Below the pieces are notes generated by a model, which was not told the origin of the DNA, made no database searches, and worked only from the letters and a program-made list of their open reading frames with translations. 64,000 nucleotides of DNA from positions 1-64,000 of the forward strand of contig JAUCBJ010007712.1 in NCBI GenBank assembly GCA_032718475.1, written 5' to 3'. A program made the position numbers and the translations under genes. Positions 1 to 12,670 of this stretch are shown here, piece after piece (positions within the stretch are counted from its first letter, which is position 1; each line of letters starts with the position of its first letter). The stretch is from Nemertoderma westbladi. Its lineage: Eukaryota; Animalia; Xenacoelomorpha.

Positions 1-596
1 GTAATTCTAAATCATATTGAAAGTTTAATTATATGAATTCTATATATATTTAGTTATCAAAAAACACAATAACAAGTAAACTGAGGCATCTCTCTAAAAA
101 ATAAACAGTTTTTATCGATTATCTCAGAACTACAAAAATCGACTTAGGGGGTTCTGCCTTGAAGGTGACGATACTATCAGTATAGTTGTCCTTGGCTTGG
201 TAGTAAACTAATATAACAATGTACAGGACAAGTTATTTTCCTGCAATCATACTTAACGGTAGCGGTACCAATGGAAACCATTAGATCCCAGCAATCATTG
301 GCAGATAAACTGAAATTTCAGCTTGCTGCTGATATTGACAAGGTTATAACAGAGATTGACGGGCATATGCCTATTATATTTTGATTATATATTTTTTTTA
401 CAAAAATCACAAGCTAAGCTACTGTACCATAAAAATGTAGCTGTGGAGAGAACTTTAATATATTTATTTCTGAGACAGGCTGTCTCTGTCTCAGAAAATA
501 TGTATATTAAAGTTCTCTCCGCAGCTACATTTTTAGCGTGTGATTTATTATAATTGACGCAATAAACCGCCTTGGTGAATCAACAATGATGATTTC

Positions 597-1730
597 AATT
601 TAGGGAAAGGAACAGGTTGCAGTGGCAGTCTATTCTAACCAAAACAATAAATGAAAGGCTATAACACTGTTACAGTTTCATTTTTGCTCGCAATCGGCTG
701 TTATTTGCGTCCATTTTCCCCTGGATATGGTTGAATTTTGATTGCGTCTAAAAGCATTTTTGTTATTTATATAAATGTAGCCACGACCGGAAATCCGTAC
801 CAAAGGTTTTATATCACTTTCAAACTAAAGTTATATTTATAATCGTTTGATAAACCGAGCCCGAGCTCACCATCTCTGATAACTAGGCAAAAAAAGGTGA
901 AAATATCTGTATAATAATATTAATAATATTAATATATTAACTATAATTAATATTAATTATATTGCCATTGCCGTTGTTCTCTTTCCTCTGTGTTTATATT
1001 TTTTAACTTTCTTTGATATCTTCCTGTCATTTAAAACAGGACGTTTCTTTATGGGATTCTTCATAGTTTAAACAGTAAAGTTAATGAGATAGAATCAAGA
1101 AACAGCACTAAAGACATAATGTTTACTATTACTTTTGTAAAGATAATATCAATTCAGTTTTTCCCTTTTTTTGAACCGTATCCGATCCTTTTTTTCTTTT
1201 TTTTTTGAAAATATTAAATCCTTTTTTCCTTTTTTTTTTCTCGATTTTTTTGGCTGGCCACATTATGTGGTCGTAGGTGAACGTATAACTGGTGTCTAGC
1301 AAAATGGCTTAAAGGTTGTTAAAGCAACTTGTACTGTTGTAATTGAATTATAAAAAGTTCGAGATAGTGCCGATCTTCAACAGTTACAGTAGGTACTTTT
1401 TTGCAATAATAAAAATAACTATTATATTTCGAATAAGGCTATTTTCTCGAACGAAAATTCAGATCTATTCAGATTAGGAAATCTTGTGATTATGAGGTCA
1501 TCTTTTTATCGGTATACTGTACCATTAAGAGACAGGGGGGGGGGGGGTCTTGACGCAAATCCCATCTTTGCGAATTAATATCACGTCTCAATGTTCAATT
1601 CTCAATTTAGGGAAAGGAGCAGGTTGCAGTGTCGCGTTATTCTAACCAAAACAATAAACTAAAATCAAAAGAGGAGGTTATAGTTTTATTTTTGTGAGTA
1701 ATCAGCTGTTATTTGCGTCGCATTTCCCCT
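597..1730 (+). repeat. Two dispersed copies (~597-722 and ~1604-1732) of a repeat module AATTTAGGGAAAGGARCAGGTTGCAGTG...TTCTAACCAAAACAATAAA; related copies at ~7213-7370 (minus) and ~15841-15960
   Basis: Direct sequence similarity between the copies; family not identified. Confidence 0.6.
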
Positions 1731-3350
1731 GGAGAGGGGAGAGGGATAAATTTGAGTCGAAAGTCCCCCCCACCCCTCCCAAATCTTACATGTAAACAAC
1801 GTAATCACGATAAGACCGAAGCAAATACTGTAGCTATATTTTCCAGCTACATTGATGAACTAGAAAGGATGGCTGGAAGGAGCCAAGGGGAGGAATCCTA
1901 GCCATAAGTAAACTAAACAATTGTCTAAACTGCAAGGCGTGAGGCTAGCTGACGTTGTGGCTCGTCCCACATAATAAGAAATTAAACTTTGCTACCACTA
2001 ACAAAAATCTAATACTGTATGAAGCAAATAATTTCATTATCAGGCACGTTTACAAGATATAAGATTACCGAATATTTACTAGTGAAGGGGCTGAGGGCCC
2101 GATTACGAACCGACCTTTTTTATGTCATAAAAAAACAGTCAACTGGTAGCGGTTACGAATTTGAGTTCCTGGTAACAAAGTTTCTAGTTACAAAACGGAG
2201 TCTTTTAAAAAAAATGGAGTTCCCGGTTACAAATCAGAGTGCCTGCGCCTGGTTACGAATTGGCGTTATTAACATTAATTTTACAGTTTTATATATTATG
2301 CTTCGATGTACTGTATACTGTAGAACTAATTATGTAAAAATACTATCATATTTCATATAATAATTACTAAGAAATTCGATCTATTATTAGTTGCTTAATT
2401 CTAGAACAAAATCAACCTGCAAAAGTGAAGACCTCGTTCTGGAATTTCGAAATCATGCTGGTCCGATGCGCGATATCGAGTTTAGTTAATAAATTAAAAA
2501 TTTACTTTATTTACTTTTTATATGCACCCAGTAATAAGAAATCCTCATGAATGTAAATAAATACAAAATTATTCTAGAAAAATTTATTCAAAAAGTATAA
2601 AGTCTTGGAATTGGTGACTCGAAATTAAGCTAGTGAGATTCAGGATATTGCGTTTAATATAAAAATAGAAAACCCCATCGAATTCCGTAATTGCGTTACC
2701 AAAATATTGCAACTTTATTGAAATTGGTAAAATTATAGAAATAGAAAAAAATTATTTTTGAACGGCCATGTTTGGGATTTCGAAAGAAACATGGATAGGC
2801 TGAAAGAGGACATCGAATTCAGTTGAAAATTAAAACCCAATCAAATTTGGAGTTTCGGAGTTATAGCGAATCGAAAAAAAATACCCCCCCCCCCAGTCGC
2901 CAAAACATTAGGCAAATTTAAAATTTTGATAAAAAATATTTTTGCGTTATTTTTGATAGGGAATCGATTGGCAGTATTGGTTACGAAAAAAATTTTTAAG
3001 CATTGAAAAAGAATCTTTAAAAAGATTTGATGTACCTATGTTTGAATTTTGAATATTAATTTTAGGTTAAGGGATGTCTGTTATCTATTCTAAAGAAAAC
3101 AATTATTATTAGATGAGAGTACAGTGCAATAGTACTCAACACACTGTACATTCATCTAGTTTGGGTAACATTACAAATTCTCTTTGGGTCGAGTGTAAAG
3201 GTCATCAACTGTGTGAAATATTAAACACTGGCCTACAGTAATGCTAGTCTATGGAGAAATTCAACTTTGCCAGAGAGTGGTAGGGCAGTAAACAAACTAC
3301 TACTACTACTAGTACTACTAGGATCGGCATGCTGCATTGCAGCTGCATTT

Positions 3351-3858
3351 TTAAGAATGCTGTGCCGGCTTATCGACAAAATTGCACCGCCACAACTCCC
3401 TATCACCCATGACATTTGCTAGATCATCCGCATCTTCAAGGCCAGTGTCCTTTAAGATGCGTCTCAAGAAAGTCATGGGCTGTCCACCATGCTTATTCAC
3501 TCCATGAGGCTGCCAAAGTACAAGAATATATACTGGCTGGTCCTCACGGCGAAAGCAATGTCCTGCAAAGCGGAGGCGATTTTGTTCTAGTGTCAAGCTT
3601 GGGGGAACCAATGAAACACCTCCAATGTTATATAGTGTCTGGTTGGAGATGTGTGCATTGTACTTGACACAATGAACCCGGCGTAGCATTCTTGTGAATG
3701 TGCCATTCAGAGATTTGGTGTCCTCAGCAGTTAGAGCCCAGCATGGACTCCCTTAGAAGATTACTGGAACTACTACTGCTCTCAATAATCGGACCTTAAG
3801 TTTCCGATTAATTCTCGGTGACTTCCAAATCCTGGAAAGCCTATTCAAGGCTGCTCAG
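3351..3858 (-). mobile_element. 3' fragment of an RTE/RTEX-like non-LTR retrotransposon ORF (post-RT C-terminal region)
   Basis: Translation AALNRLSRIWKS...MLRRV...NRLRFAGHCFRREDQPV..LVLWQP..G..P.TF..ILKDTGL...MGDRELWR is the typical RTE-superclade C-terminus; close paralogue at 58710-59490. Confidence 0.8.
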
Positions 3859-5304
3859 TAAACAAACAGTATGGGTGAACGAAGTAGGCCTACAGTAATA
3901 TTGGCAACCTCATCGATTTTTACTAAGCCTGTATAGAAATCCATTACATAAGCCATTTTTCATTGTGAACAGCTGTCAATGAATGTCTAAATACATATAA
4001 TTTCGCGACAAAATAATGTCAAAAAACGAAATATACCGAATACCACACATAAAATCGATCAGAATTTTTGTAAGGCCATTACGAACCACCAAAGCAATGT
4101 ACTTGCAAAATTTCATTAAAACGCCAACCGGGAAGTGCCCGAACCTGGATTATTATCAGTGAGTCAGTCAGTCAGTGATATTTGACATGATATTTTTACA
4201 GTAAATATCCCGCTGACGAGCGGGCTCTTAATAATTATTTAATTGAAGGAAGGTGCTATGATTCACACTTTTACAAAAAAAAATTGAAGGTTAAAAAGTA
4301 AGGAAAAAATAGAGAGTTTAAACTTTCAACTATTATTGCTGTTCCCAGATTACAATCAAAGGATTCCATGTCAAAAGTTCCGCATAGTCAAAGCTTGTAC
4401 ACATTATATTACAATTTTAAGCGTTCAAAGGTTCCACAAAGTGAGTCAAATGTTCCACAGTAGTCTAACTATTTGCTTCAGTTTATTGGTCAGAGTCATA
4501 TTTTTAATGATGAATTTTCATTGACACTACTGTATAGAGAACAAAAACATGCTCAGCCATGACCTACAACTATAGATACGACCCGTCAAGCTGCTGCAAA
4601 GCCCCTACATTTAGTGGGCCAGTTATTTCTCTTAGATAGAATCCCTGAAACAATATGTCCAGCGCGTCGAAATTACTTGTCCCTAACTAAAATTATGTCC
4701 TCTTTCATATGAAACAAATAAAAATGTAATAGCTCCAGTAGGTTTCGAGATATGAGGCATTCGTGGCACCCATACCATATCAACACAACACCTTTCGGAA
4801 TTGATGAAATTACGCAAAATACATCACCCTAACAAAGACTTTGGTAGGCCTATAACCATTAAACACGTTCGTGGGGGCCTTCGCGCAGCACGAGGCTCAG
4901 TTTTAAGATACAGATTAATATCTGCCGTATTACAAACTCAGTATCTAAGAAATTTAACCAAACATCAGTAAATCAAAGAGAGGGTTAATTAGCTAATTAC
5001 TCTGAAGAATCATGATTAAGTACTCGGCCAACTTGTTTGTAAGCTAAACACAATAACCAAGCTGGCTTATTATTCTGGCTCATTACAATGGTGCCTTAGA
5101 GTAGAGGTTAGATGTGGTTGGTCTGGTTCCCCTTCCAAGCTAGGCTAGGCATGCCAACGAAGGAGGGAGCTATAGCTGGAGACGGGGCATTTTAATAAGT
5201 TAATCACGTTACACCGAATTACACAGATTGAGTTAGTGGTACCTGTATGCTAAGTTCGCTTACTTTCTTATCTCGCTCGCTCGCTCGCTACTCGATAATG
5301 CACA

Positions 5305-5800
5305 AGTTACAACGCAGTTATTCTTCAACCTTATAGTGATTTATAGTGCTATAGTACTAGTGGAAAGCTGGCCATGCAAGGATTCCAAATATATAAAAAT
5401 ACTTAAATCTGGTTGGGAAATAGCTGCGATATGGGCATTCGAAAGTTGCATGTATTTGCTTCCGCTGCGGGGCGTTTATTCTATTTAATAAATACATAAC
5501 ATTCTGGAACACTTTGTTTATCTCATAGTAGCTTGGCAACAATGCAATGCCTACATGATAATACTGTACTAGCAGTATATGGATATTCCTTGTAGTAGTA
5601 CATACTAAAAAACGCCCCGCAGCGGAAGCAAATACAGTACATGCAACTTTCGAATGCCCCATATCTCAGCTATTTCCCAGTGGTCGGGAGGTGAAACTAT
5701 CTCTGTTTCAAATTTCATGCAATCTCATTAAGATTTGTAGAAAAATTTGAGGGGGGGTATCGTGTCATTGAATTACGACACTATATTCTGGGACATGGTG
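5305..5800. mobile_element. Partial foldback MITE (same family as 11769-12670); right terminus intact
   Basis: Ends ...ACGACACTATATTCTGGGACATGGTG followed by TA, identical to the 12670 end; internal inverted repeat ~5416-5477 vs ~5610-5677. Confidence 0.75.
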
Positions 5801-6355
5801 TATGCAGTTGTTATGCTGTGCTGTTAGGCACCAATGCCTTTATTACTGCATTACCTGATTACAGTAGGATTACCGATCACGTCCGTACCTGTGATTATTT
5901 GCCTAGTAACTAATAATGGTAAGTTACATATCATTAATATCTATAGCTGAATTATATTATTCCTACTGAAACATTCATAATCTCTTAATTTATTTATAAA
6001 CTACATAATTTGTCTTCCCTTTAGGTTTAACATCCAGAGGGCGTCTTCGAGGTTCATTGCTTTTTGTGTTATTGGTGTACTTTACGTCAGTACCGGTACG
6101 TGCTAGTGCAGTAGTGAATCTAGCGATTGACAAATTAGGGGAAGACAAAGAGAAAGAAGTTGGGATCCAGACGGTTGGCCCAGACTGGGATTGATATCAT
6201 ACTGCCATACGACTCAATGGATAGGAGAGACCGAGAGTTATAGTACAGAGGTACTTGTACTTGTACTTGCTACCGTATGCCGTACCGACAGTACCAATAG
6301 TACCAGTACTACTGAGGTATCCGTCATAACGAGTACGGATTGTACGTACAACAAC

Positions 6356-8917
6356 CAGGCCTGGATTAAGGGGGGGGCTGTGTGGGCTGCAGCCCACGGC
6401 CCAAGCGACTGAACCGGCCCTTTCAAATTGAGCTTTCCATTGTAATTGTTCTGTGCCTATAAGAGTCCCATGAAATATTAATCAATTCATAAGTCAAATT
6501 ATCCAAAATCATGTTTGTACTATAATTCCTGAGTAAATTTCCCCCAGCCCATAACCAAATATTTCCATACCCCACTGTTTCCACAATAGGAATTATGCCT
6601 CCCAGGCCACACTATACTGCCAAAGCAGGATAGGGCTATCAACCTGGACATATTAATTGGAAGCCAGCAGTCCCATTACCTACAGGCTATTTACTCCACC
6701 TAACTAATGCTTTAGGGCAAGCTTGTAGCACAGGTGATGTGAGCACATGACCAATCGTGAAACACATACCACACCTTTACTATAATAAACAGAACAGACA
6801 GACAGGAGGCTCTAAGCAAATGGCAGGGAAGACCTCCTGGTACATTGACACCAGGCTAGTGGCTTACCAAAACACGCTGTGATTGGTGTATTTGTTGAGA
6901 TATTGGATTTCTTCTATGAGTCATGAATCACTGACTCTGGACTGGATCTAATAAATTGCAGGTAATGTGTTACGTGATATTTATTGGTTGGCTATACCTC
7001 TACACGAAGTACTTACTTCTTATCCTGTTGTAAAGTTATATATATTTAAGCTTCAGCTTATGACACAGTGGTAAATAAAATAATAGTGTTAGTTTTTGTT
7101 ACATTATATTAACGCTACCGTGACTTATCAGCGTTAATTATTATTATTGACACACTTAAATTAACAAATATAATAATATCGTTAAAATTATTATTATTAA
7201 AATAAATTATCGTTTATTGTTTTGGTTAGAAAAGCTCAAGCTCGCCACTGTAATCTGCTCCATTCCGCTAATTATTAAATCTAATTGATATGATATGATA
7301 TGATATGGTCTGTTAGATCAGCAATCAGTAGATAACACCATCACTGTAACCTGCTCCATTCCCTTAAATTACGAAAGGGAAATCTAGTTTCGTTATTTGT
7401 TTATTGTTTTGGTTATTGATTGTGAGATAGTTTTACTTAGCTGTACTTATATTGGTTATTGATAAAACTATGGTGATTTAAATTATTAGACAATTATAGA
7501 ATTATCTCTACAATAATCAGATAATGGGAACATTTGTAAAGAACGTTTCGAAGAAGGGTATTGGTGGTGCAGAAAAGATGCGAGCAAAAAAAGCTAAAGA
7601 GAAAAGAGAGAGTGTTTTGTTATCATCTGTGCCCAAGCTACGAACATATTTTACACCTATATCAGACCAAATAGACAAAACTTCGGATGAAACAGTAGAG
7701 CCTACCATTCCCCCAGTTGAATTACCTGATGCAGTCAGTGATGCTCCAATGCAATGCATCTCTGGCACAGGTGACTGTTTTAATGTAAACTTATCTGTAG
7801 CTGAAGAAATTGTTGATCCACTGTCAAATGTATCTGACGGCCAGGCCATTGCAAATCAATTTCATGGCTATGCTGGTGATGTTGAGCCATCTACTACTAA
7901 TCTGTGTATAACTCCAGATGTTGGGACATGGAATGAGGTAGTTATTGTTCCTGGCATGATAGAATTTTGGGTTGGTGAAGGGAGCACACAATGCCAAAAT
8001 ATTGCTGGTGGTGACTTTTCTGCATCGAGCTATATTCACGCCAATGAGAAGTTTACCCGCTCTTGCACATTGTCATTGTTTGAACGCAAAATGGAAGGAC
8101 AACGACCAACAACACGCGAATGGCTTTGCTACTCACCTTCTCAAGGCAAGGTTTATTGCTTTCCTTGTAAATTATTGTCTTCGGATCGGACCAATCAATT
8201 TGTTAACCTAGGATTCAACAATTGGAAACATGCAGCTGTGGTTGTTCGCAGGCATGAAAATTCCGAATGTCACCGAGATGCAATGATCGGTTTGGTGATT
8301 AGAAGAGACGCAAAAAGACGTGTGGATGCAGCACTGCTTAAGGAATTTGAAATACAGAATAATTATTGGCAACAGGTACTTACTCGAGCTGTAAGTGTAA
8401 TAAGAAAACTCACTGAACGTGGGTTGCCATTGCGTGGCAGTTATGAGCATATAGGTTCAACTCAAAACGGTAATTTCTTAGGAATGATGGAGTTAGACAT
8501 ACAAGTCTAGGATTTTACCATAAGATGTAGAACGCCATCTTGAGTATTTTTGGTAAAAAAAATTGTTTTGAAAAATTATGGTATATATGTGTTGTTCTGG
8601 CTTTATGGTCACGATATTATACAGTATATTAAAATTTTATTGTATGTTTTATGTATTGTAATTAGTATTTTATTAGTTAATAATTTACTGTAATATTAAA
8701 CAATTCTGTGTCTTTCTTTCAGTTGTAGGTAATGGTGCTTTTTGCATTAATTTTTGAGTTTACTCCATTGCTGTAATTAGCACTCGGTTTCTTTATAGTA
8801 AATAATTAATAATAATTATATGTAAAATATTTAGTTTTTCATGTTATTTTTTACCCGTTGGAAAACGGCCCTTTTTATTACTCAGCCCACAGCCCTGATA
8901 ACCTTAATCCGGCCCTG
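6356..8917 (+). mobile_element. hAT-superfamily DNA transposon (Tip100/ZMYM1-like), internally deleted
   Basis: 8-bp TSD ACAACAAC at 6348-6355 and 8918-8925; TIRs CAGGCCTGGATTAAGG / CAGGGCCGGATTAAGG (14/16); subterminal CAGCCCAC at both ends; transposase fragment inside. Confidence 0.92.
7524..8510 (+). pseudogene. Truncated hAT transposase N-terminus (TTF-type zinc finger plus start of the DUF4371-like region); catalytic and dimerisation domains missing
   Basis: REWLCYSPSQGKVYCFPCKLL...GFNNWKH...HENSECH and GLPLRG...NGNFLGMMEL motifs; stops at 328 aa, about 400 bp before the right TIR. Confidence 0.85.
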
Positions 8918-9801
8918 ACAACAACGTTGATCTCCAAGGAGGATCACTTATCGGAAATTTATCGACTGCAATGTAAGTGAAACAAAATGTGATCCTCATA
9001 TATGCAATACGCCGACCAAATCCGAACAATATACCGACGGATCCTCTTCAATTTATAGACACTAACGACAAGAAACTGAGATGCGATCGTGAATGGATCA
9101 TAGTTTATAGACGCATCGCCAACATCCGCAGAAACTTTTGGGATCCCTTTTGGGACGCCAACGCCAGTTCGCGTACGAGTTTGGATTCGGAGATTCCAAT
9201 AGAAGTTACTTCCTGGGCCTGGAGAATATTTACCAATTGACAAATAATAGGCATTGTTTCTTATAAAGATCGACTTTGGTACATCGATGGTTCTATACAG
9301 AAACTTTACTGTGGCAGTGTGGGGGTGATAGGAGATGGTTATCTTCTAACGATTACAAGTTATAACGTTGATTCCAATACCGGTGTATCTGCTACTGAAG
9401 GAATGCGCGATCTCTTCCAACAACAATATCAATATCACAACAACAAGAAGTTTGATTTGAAGAAAGGATGGCGGAATGGTGGCGCACCTCGTCCATGGTT
9501 AGCCTCGTTCCTCGTAGACGGATTCCGAATCTCAAACATCATCCATCGATTATTTAGTAGACATATTGTCATAATGATACTACTGTACTGATTTGCACCC
9601 ACCGCAACTGGGAACACATTATCCGGTACTACTGTAGTATAGTATGTATACAGGAAATTTGGTAGAGCTTTTATGTCTTTTTATTCGGTTTATCTACTAA
9701 TATTCCAGAACATTCACCAATATCAAAGAAAACACAACAAACACCCGCAAATTTGCTGTATAAAATCCCGCAAATTTGCTGTATACATACAATACGGTAA
9801 G

Positions 9802-10478
9802 AGTTCCGTATAGCACTACATTTTTATAACATAAATCATCGTTACCATGGCAACATTGTAGAGTTATAGAACAAAATATTAATATTATACACTATTCTAG
9901 AACATAAATAAAATAAAAAATATAATGTTCTAGATTCTAGAACATAGCTAGTTATTATTTTTCAAATTTGAAATTGCTGGTAGGCCTAATTAAAAAAAAT
10001 ATTCAAAACATTTTTGAGGTGCGAAATGCTCAAAAGTCAAATTAAGGCAATTAAAAGACATGTACGGAGAAAAGTAAGAAAAATATACGACGCCAGAGCT
10101 TTGTGTATTAAGTTACGAAGATAAATTCTGCGAAAAACTGACAGAATACATGTGGTGTGGAGGAAACAGATAAGAAAAGGAAAATTGAAAGGTTTCCATG
10201 AGATATTAATGGCCAACAAAAGATCGGTATACAAATAATTACGTCTATAATCAATATTAATTTAAATGTATTTAGAAATTTATTAAAAAATACAATTTAT
10301 TAAAAAGTTTACTAGCTATTTTAAAATAAAAAAATAGCTATATGTTCTAGAACATTATATTTTTTTATTTCATAATGTTCTAGAATAGTATATAATACTT
10401 TTCTACTGTTCTAGAACTCTTTAACGTTGCCATAGTAACAATGATATATGTTTTAAAAATGTAGTGCTATATGAAACT
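9802..10478. mobile_element. AT-rich foldback MITE with long imperfect TIRs
   Basis: AGTTCCGTATAGCACTACATTTTT...GTTACCATGGCAAC at left is mirrored by GTTGCCATAGTAAC...AAAAATGTAGTGCTATATGAAACT at right; TSD not resolved. Confidence 0.7.
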
Positions 10479-10954
10479 AAGCCTTCTATACTAGTACCAC
10501 ATCATCTACGAATAAATTTCGCAGGCGAAAACTACTGAAATTTAATTCAGTTATGAAATATAAAAGAGGGCCTTAAAAAAACGTGATAAAACACTATAAA
10601 ATTGTATCAGCATTAGCGATTACAGCATCGATCAAAATTGTTTTCTAGAACATACTAACAGTTTCTAAGTAGTTAGTTACCCATTGAAATACAGTACATT
10701 ATAAAGTTAATTGTAATTTTTAGATGCCTGGATTAATGGATATATTACTGGACCTGGATATCTGGATTAAAATGTAGCGTTATATAACATGCTATATCTC
10801 AAAAACGGCACGACAGATTTAGAAAAAAATTTAGCAGCGGTTTTCTGTCATCCATATCTATCGTTTTATAAAATAAAAAGATTGTCTCCAGGGGTATGAT
10901 ACATTTGTCCTTCCGTGTATATTTAGTATTCCATGGTTCCACCAAACTGGTAAT

Positions 10955-11320
10955 CCATGGGTTCCACGCAACCCGTAGACCCAACGGGTAACCGTTGGGT
11001 TACATCCAACCCGTAGAACCAACGGGTAACCGTTGGGTTACATCCAACCCGTAGACCCAACGGGTAACCCATGGGTTACATCCAACCCGTCAACCCAGTA
11101 GGTTACCCGTGGGTTACATCCAACCCGTAGAACCAACGCGTAACCCATGGGTTACATCCAACCCGTCAACCCAGCAGGTTACCCGTGGGTTACATCCAAC
11201 CCGTAGAACCAACGCGTAACCCATGGGTTACATCCAACTAATACACCCAACGGGAAACCATGGGTCCCATCCACCCGTCTACCCTGCGGGTAACTCATGG
11301 ATTTCATCCAACCAGTGGGT
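10955..11320. repeat. 38-bp minisatellite, about 9-10 units, palindrome-rich
   Basis: GGGTTACATCC recurs at 10997, 11035, 11073, 11111, 11149, 11187, 11225 (period 38). Confidence 0.9.
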
Positions 11321-11768
11321 TTGATCCATAACGAGACGCCCTCTGGGTGTTAAACCTAAAGGGAAGACAAATTATGTAGTTTATTAAGAGTTTATGATTG
11401 TTTCAGTAGGAATAATATAATTCAGCTAAAGATATTAATAATATGTTACCTACCATTATTAGGTAGGACTACAAGGCAAATAAACAGCAACACAGGTAAT
11501 CCTAATTAGGTAATGAAGACATTGGTGCCTAACAGCATAATTGCCGGATAATCCGGATAATTGCGACCCGGACAATTGCGACCCATGAATTTAGATAAAT
11601 TTGCTGGGTCGCAATTGTCCGGTTACTGTAGGCCTACATATGTTTATATAATTATACTATTTGATTATTGTAGCTAGATTTAAACATACATTATGTAGGG
11701 AGATGTTGACCCCACATTATTCTCTATGATATATTCTGCAATGACTTTATATATTTTAACATACATTA

Positions 11769-12670
11769 CACCATGTCCCAGAATATAGTGTCGTCATTCA
11801 GTGACACCCCCCCCCCCCCCCCCCCCCTAATTTTTCTACAAATCTTAATGAGATTGCATGAAATTTGAAACAGAGATAGTTTCGACCACTGACTGGGTGA
11901 GCCAGAATTTTTATTTTTGCTTTTAATCTTTAGCTACAAGCGTTTAAAAAAAGTGTCTCCAGCGATATTACACCAGTTACACCGCAGTTATTCTTCTACC
12001 TTATAGCTGTTTGTTGGTACCAATGGAAAGCTGACCCTACAAGGATTTCAAATATGTAACACAATTTGAATTTCGTAGAAATTACTAAGATATGGGCGTT
12101 CAAATGTTGCATGGTTTTGCACCGGCGCGAGGCTATTTTATTCTATTTAATAAATGCATCATAATCTGGAATATTTTGTTTATCCAATTACGTAGCTGGG
12201 CAACAATGCATTACATCTTTAATCATACTATTGATTACGTAGCTATTCATACATTTAAAAAATGTTCGAGAATATGGTTTATTTAATAAATAGAATAAAA
12301 TTGCCTCGCGTCGTTGCAAAACCATGCAACATTTGAACGCTCATATCTCAGCTATTTTTCAACGAAATTGAAATTGTGTTACATATCTGGAATCCTTGCA
12401 TGGTCAGCTTTCCATCGGTACCAACAAACAACTATAAGGTAGAAAAATAATTGCGGTGTAACTGGTGAAATATTGCTGGAGACACTTTTTTTAAACGCAT
12501 GTAGCTAAAGATTGAAAGCAAAAATAAAAATTCTGGCTCACCCAGTCAGGAGGTGAAACTACAGTATCTCTGTTTCAAATTTCATGCAATCTCTCATTAA
12601 GATTTGTAGAAAAATTAGGGGGGGGGGGGGCGTGTCACTGAATTACGACACTATATTCTGGGACATGGTG
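11769..12670. mobile_element. Complete foldback MITE, Tc1/mariner-type (TA TSD), near-palindromic over most of its 902 bp
   Basis: TA|CACCATGTCCCAGAATATAGTGTCGT ... ACGACACTATATTCTGGGACATGGTG|TA; an uninterrupted copy of the target site lies immediately upstream (~11683-11758). Confidence 0.9.

Larger units (their letters stand above)
6025..9590 (+). pseudogene. Decayed secreted fibrinogen-related-domain (FReD; ficolin/angiopoietin-like) gene interrupted by a hAT element
   Basis: Acceptor TTTGTCTTCCCTTTAG at 6024, then signal-peptide-like LTSRGRLRGSLLFVLLVYFTSVPVRASA and a Thr/Ser-rich stretch. After the hAT, frameshifted FBG motifs occur in order: LRCDREWIIVYRR..NFWDPFW, YEFGFGDSNRSYFLGLENIYQLT (from 9174), IKIDF..YRNFTV, GDGYLLTI, YHNNKKF. 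Confidence 0.7.

Noticed and set aside
2085-3070. GGTTACGAA/GTTACAAA motif cluster and AT-rich repeat debris
   Set aside because: Probably transposon remnants, but no paired termini or TSD could be established
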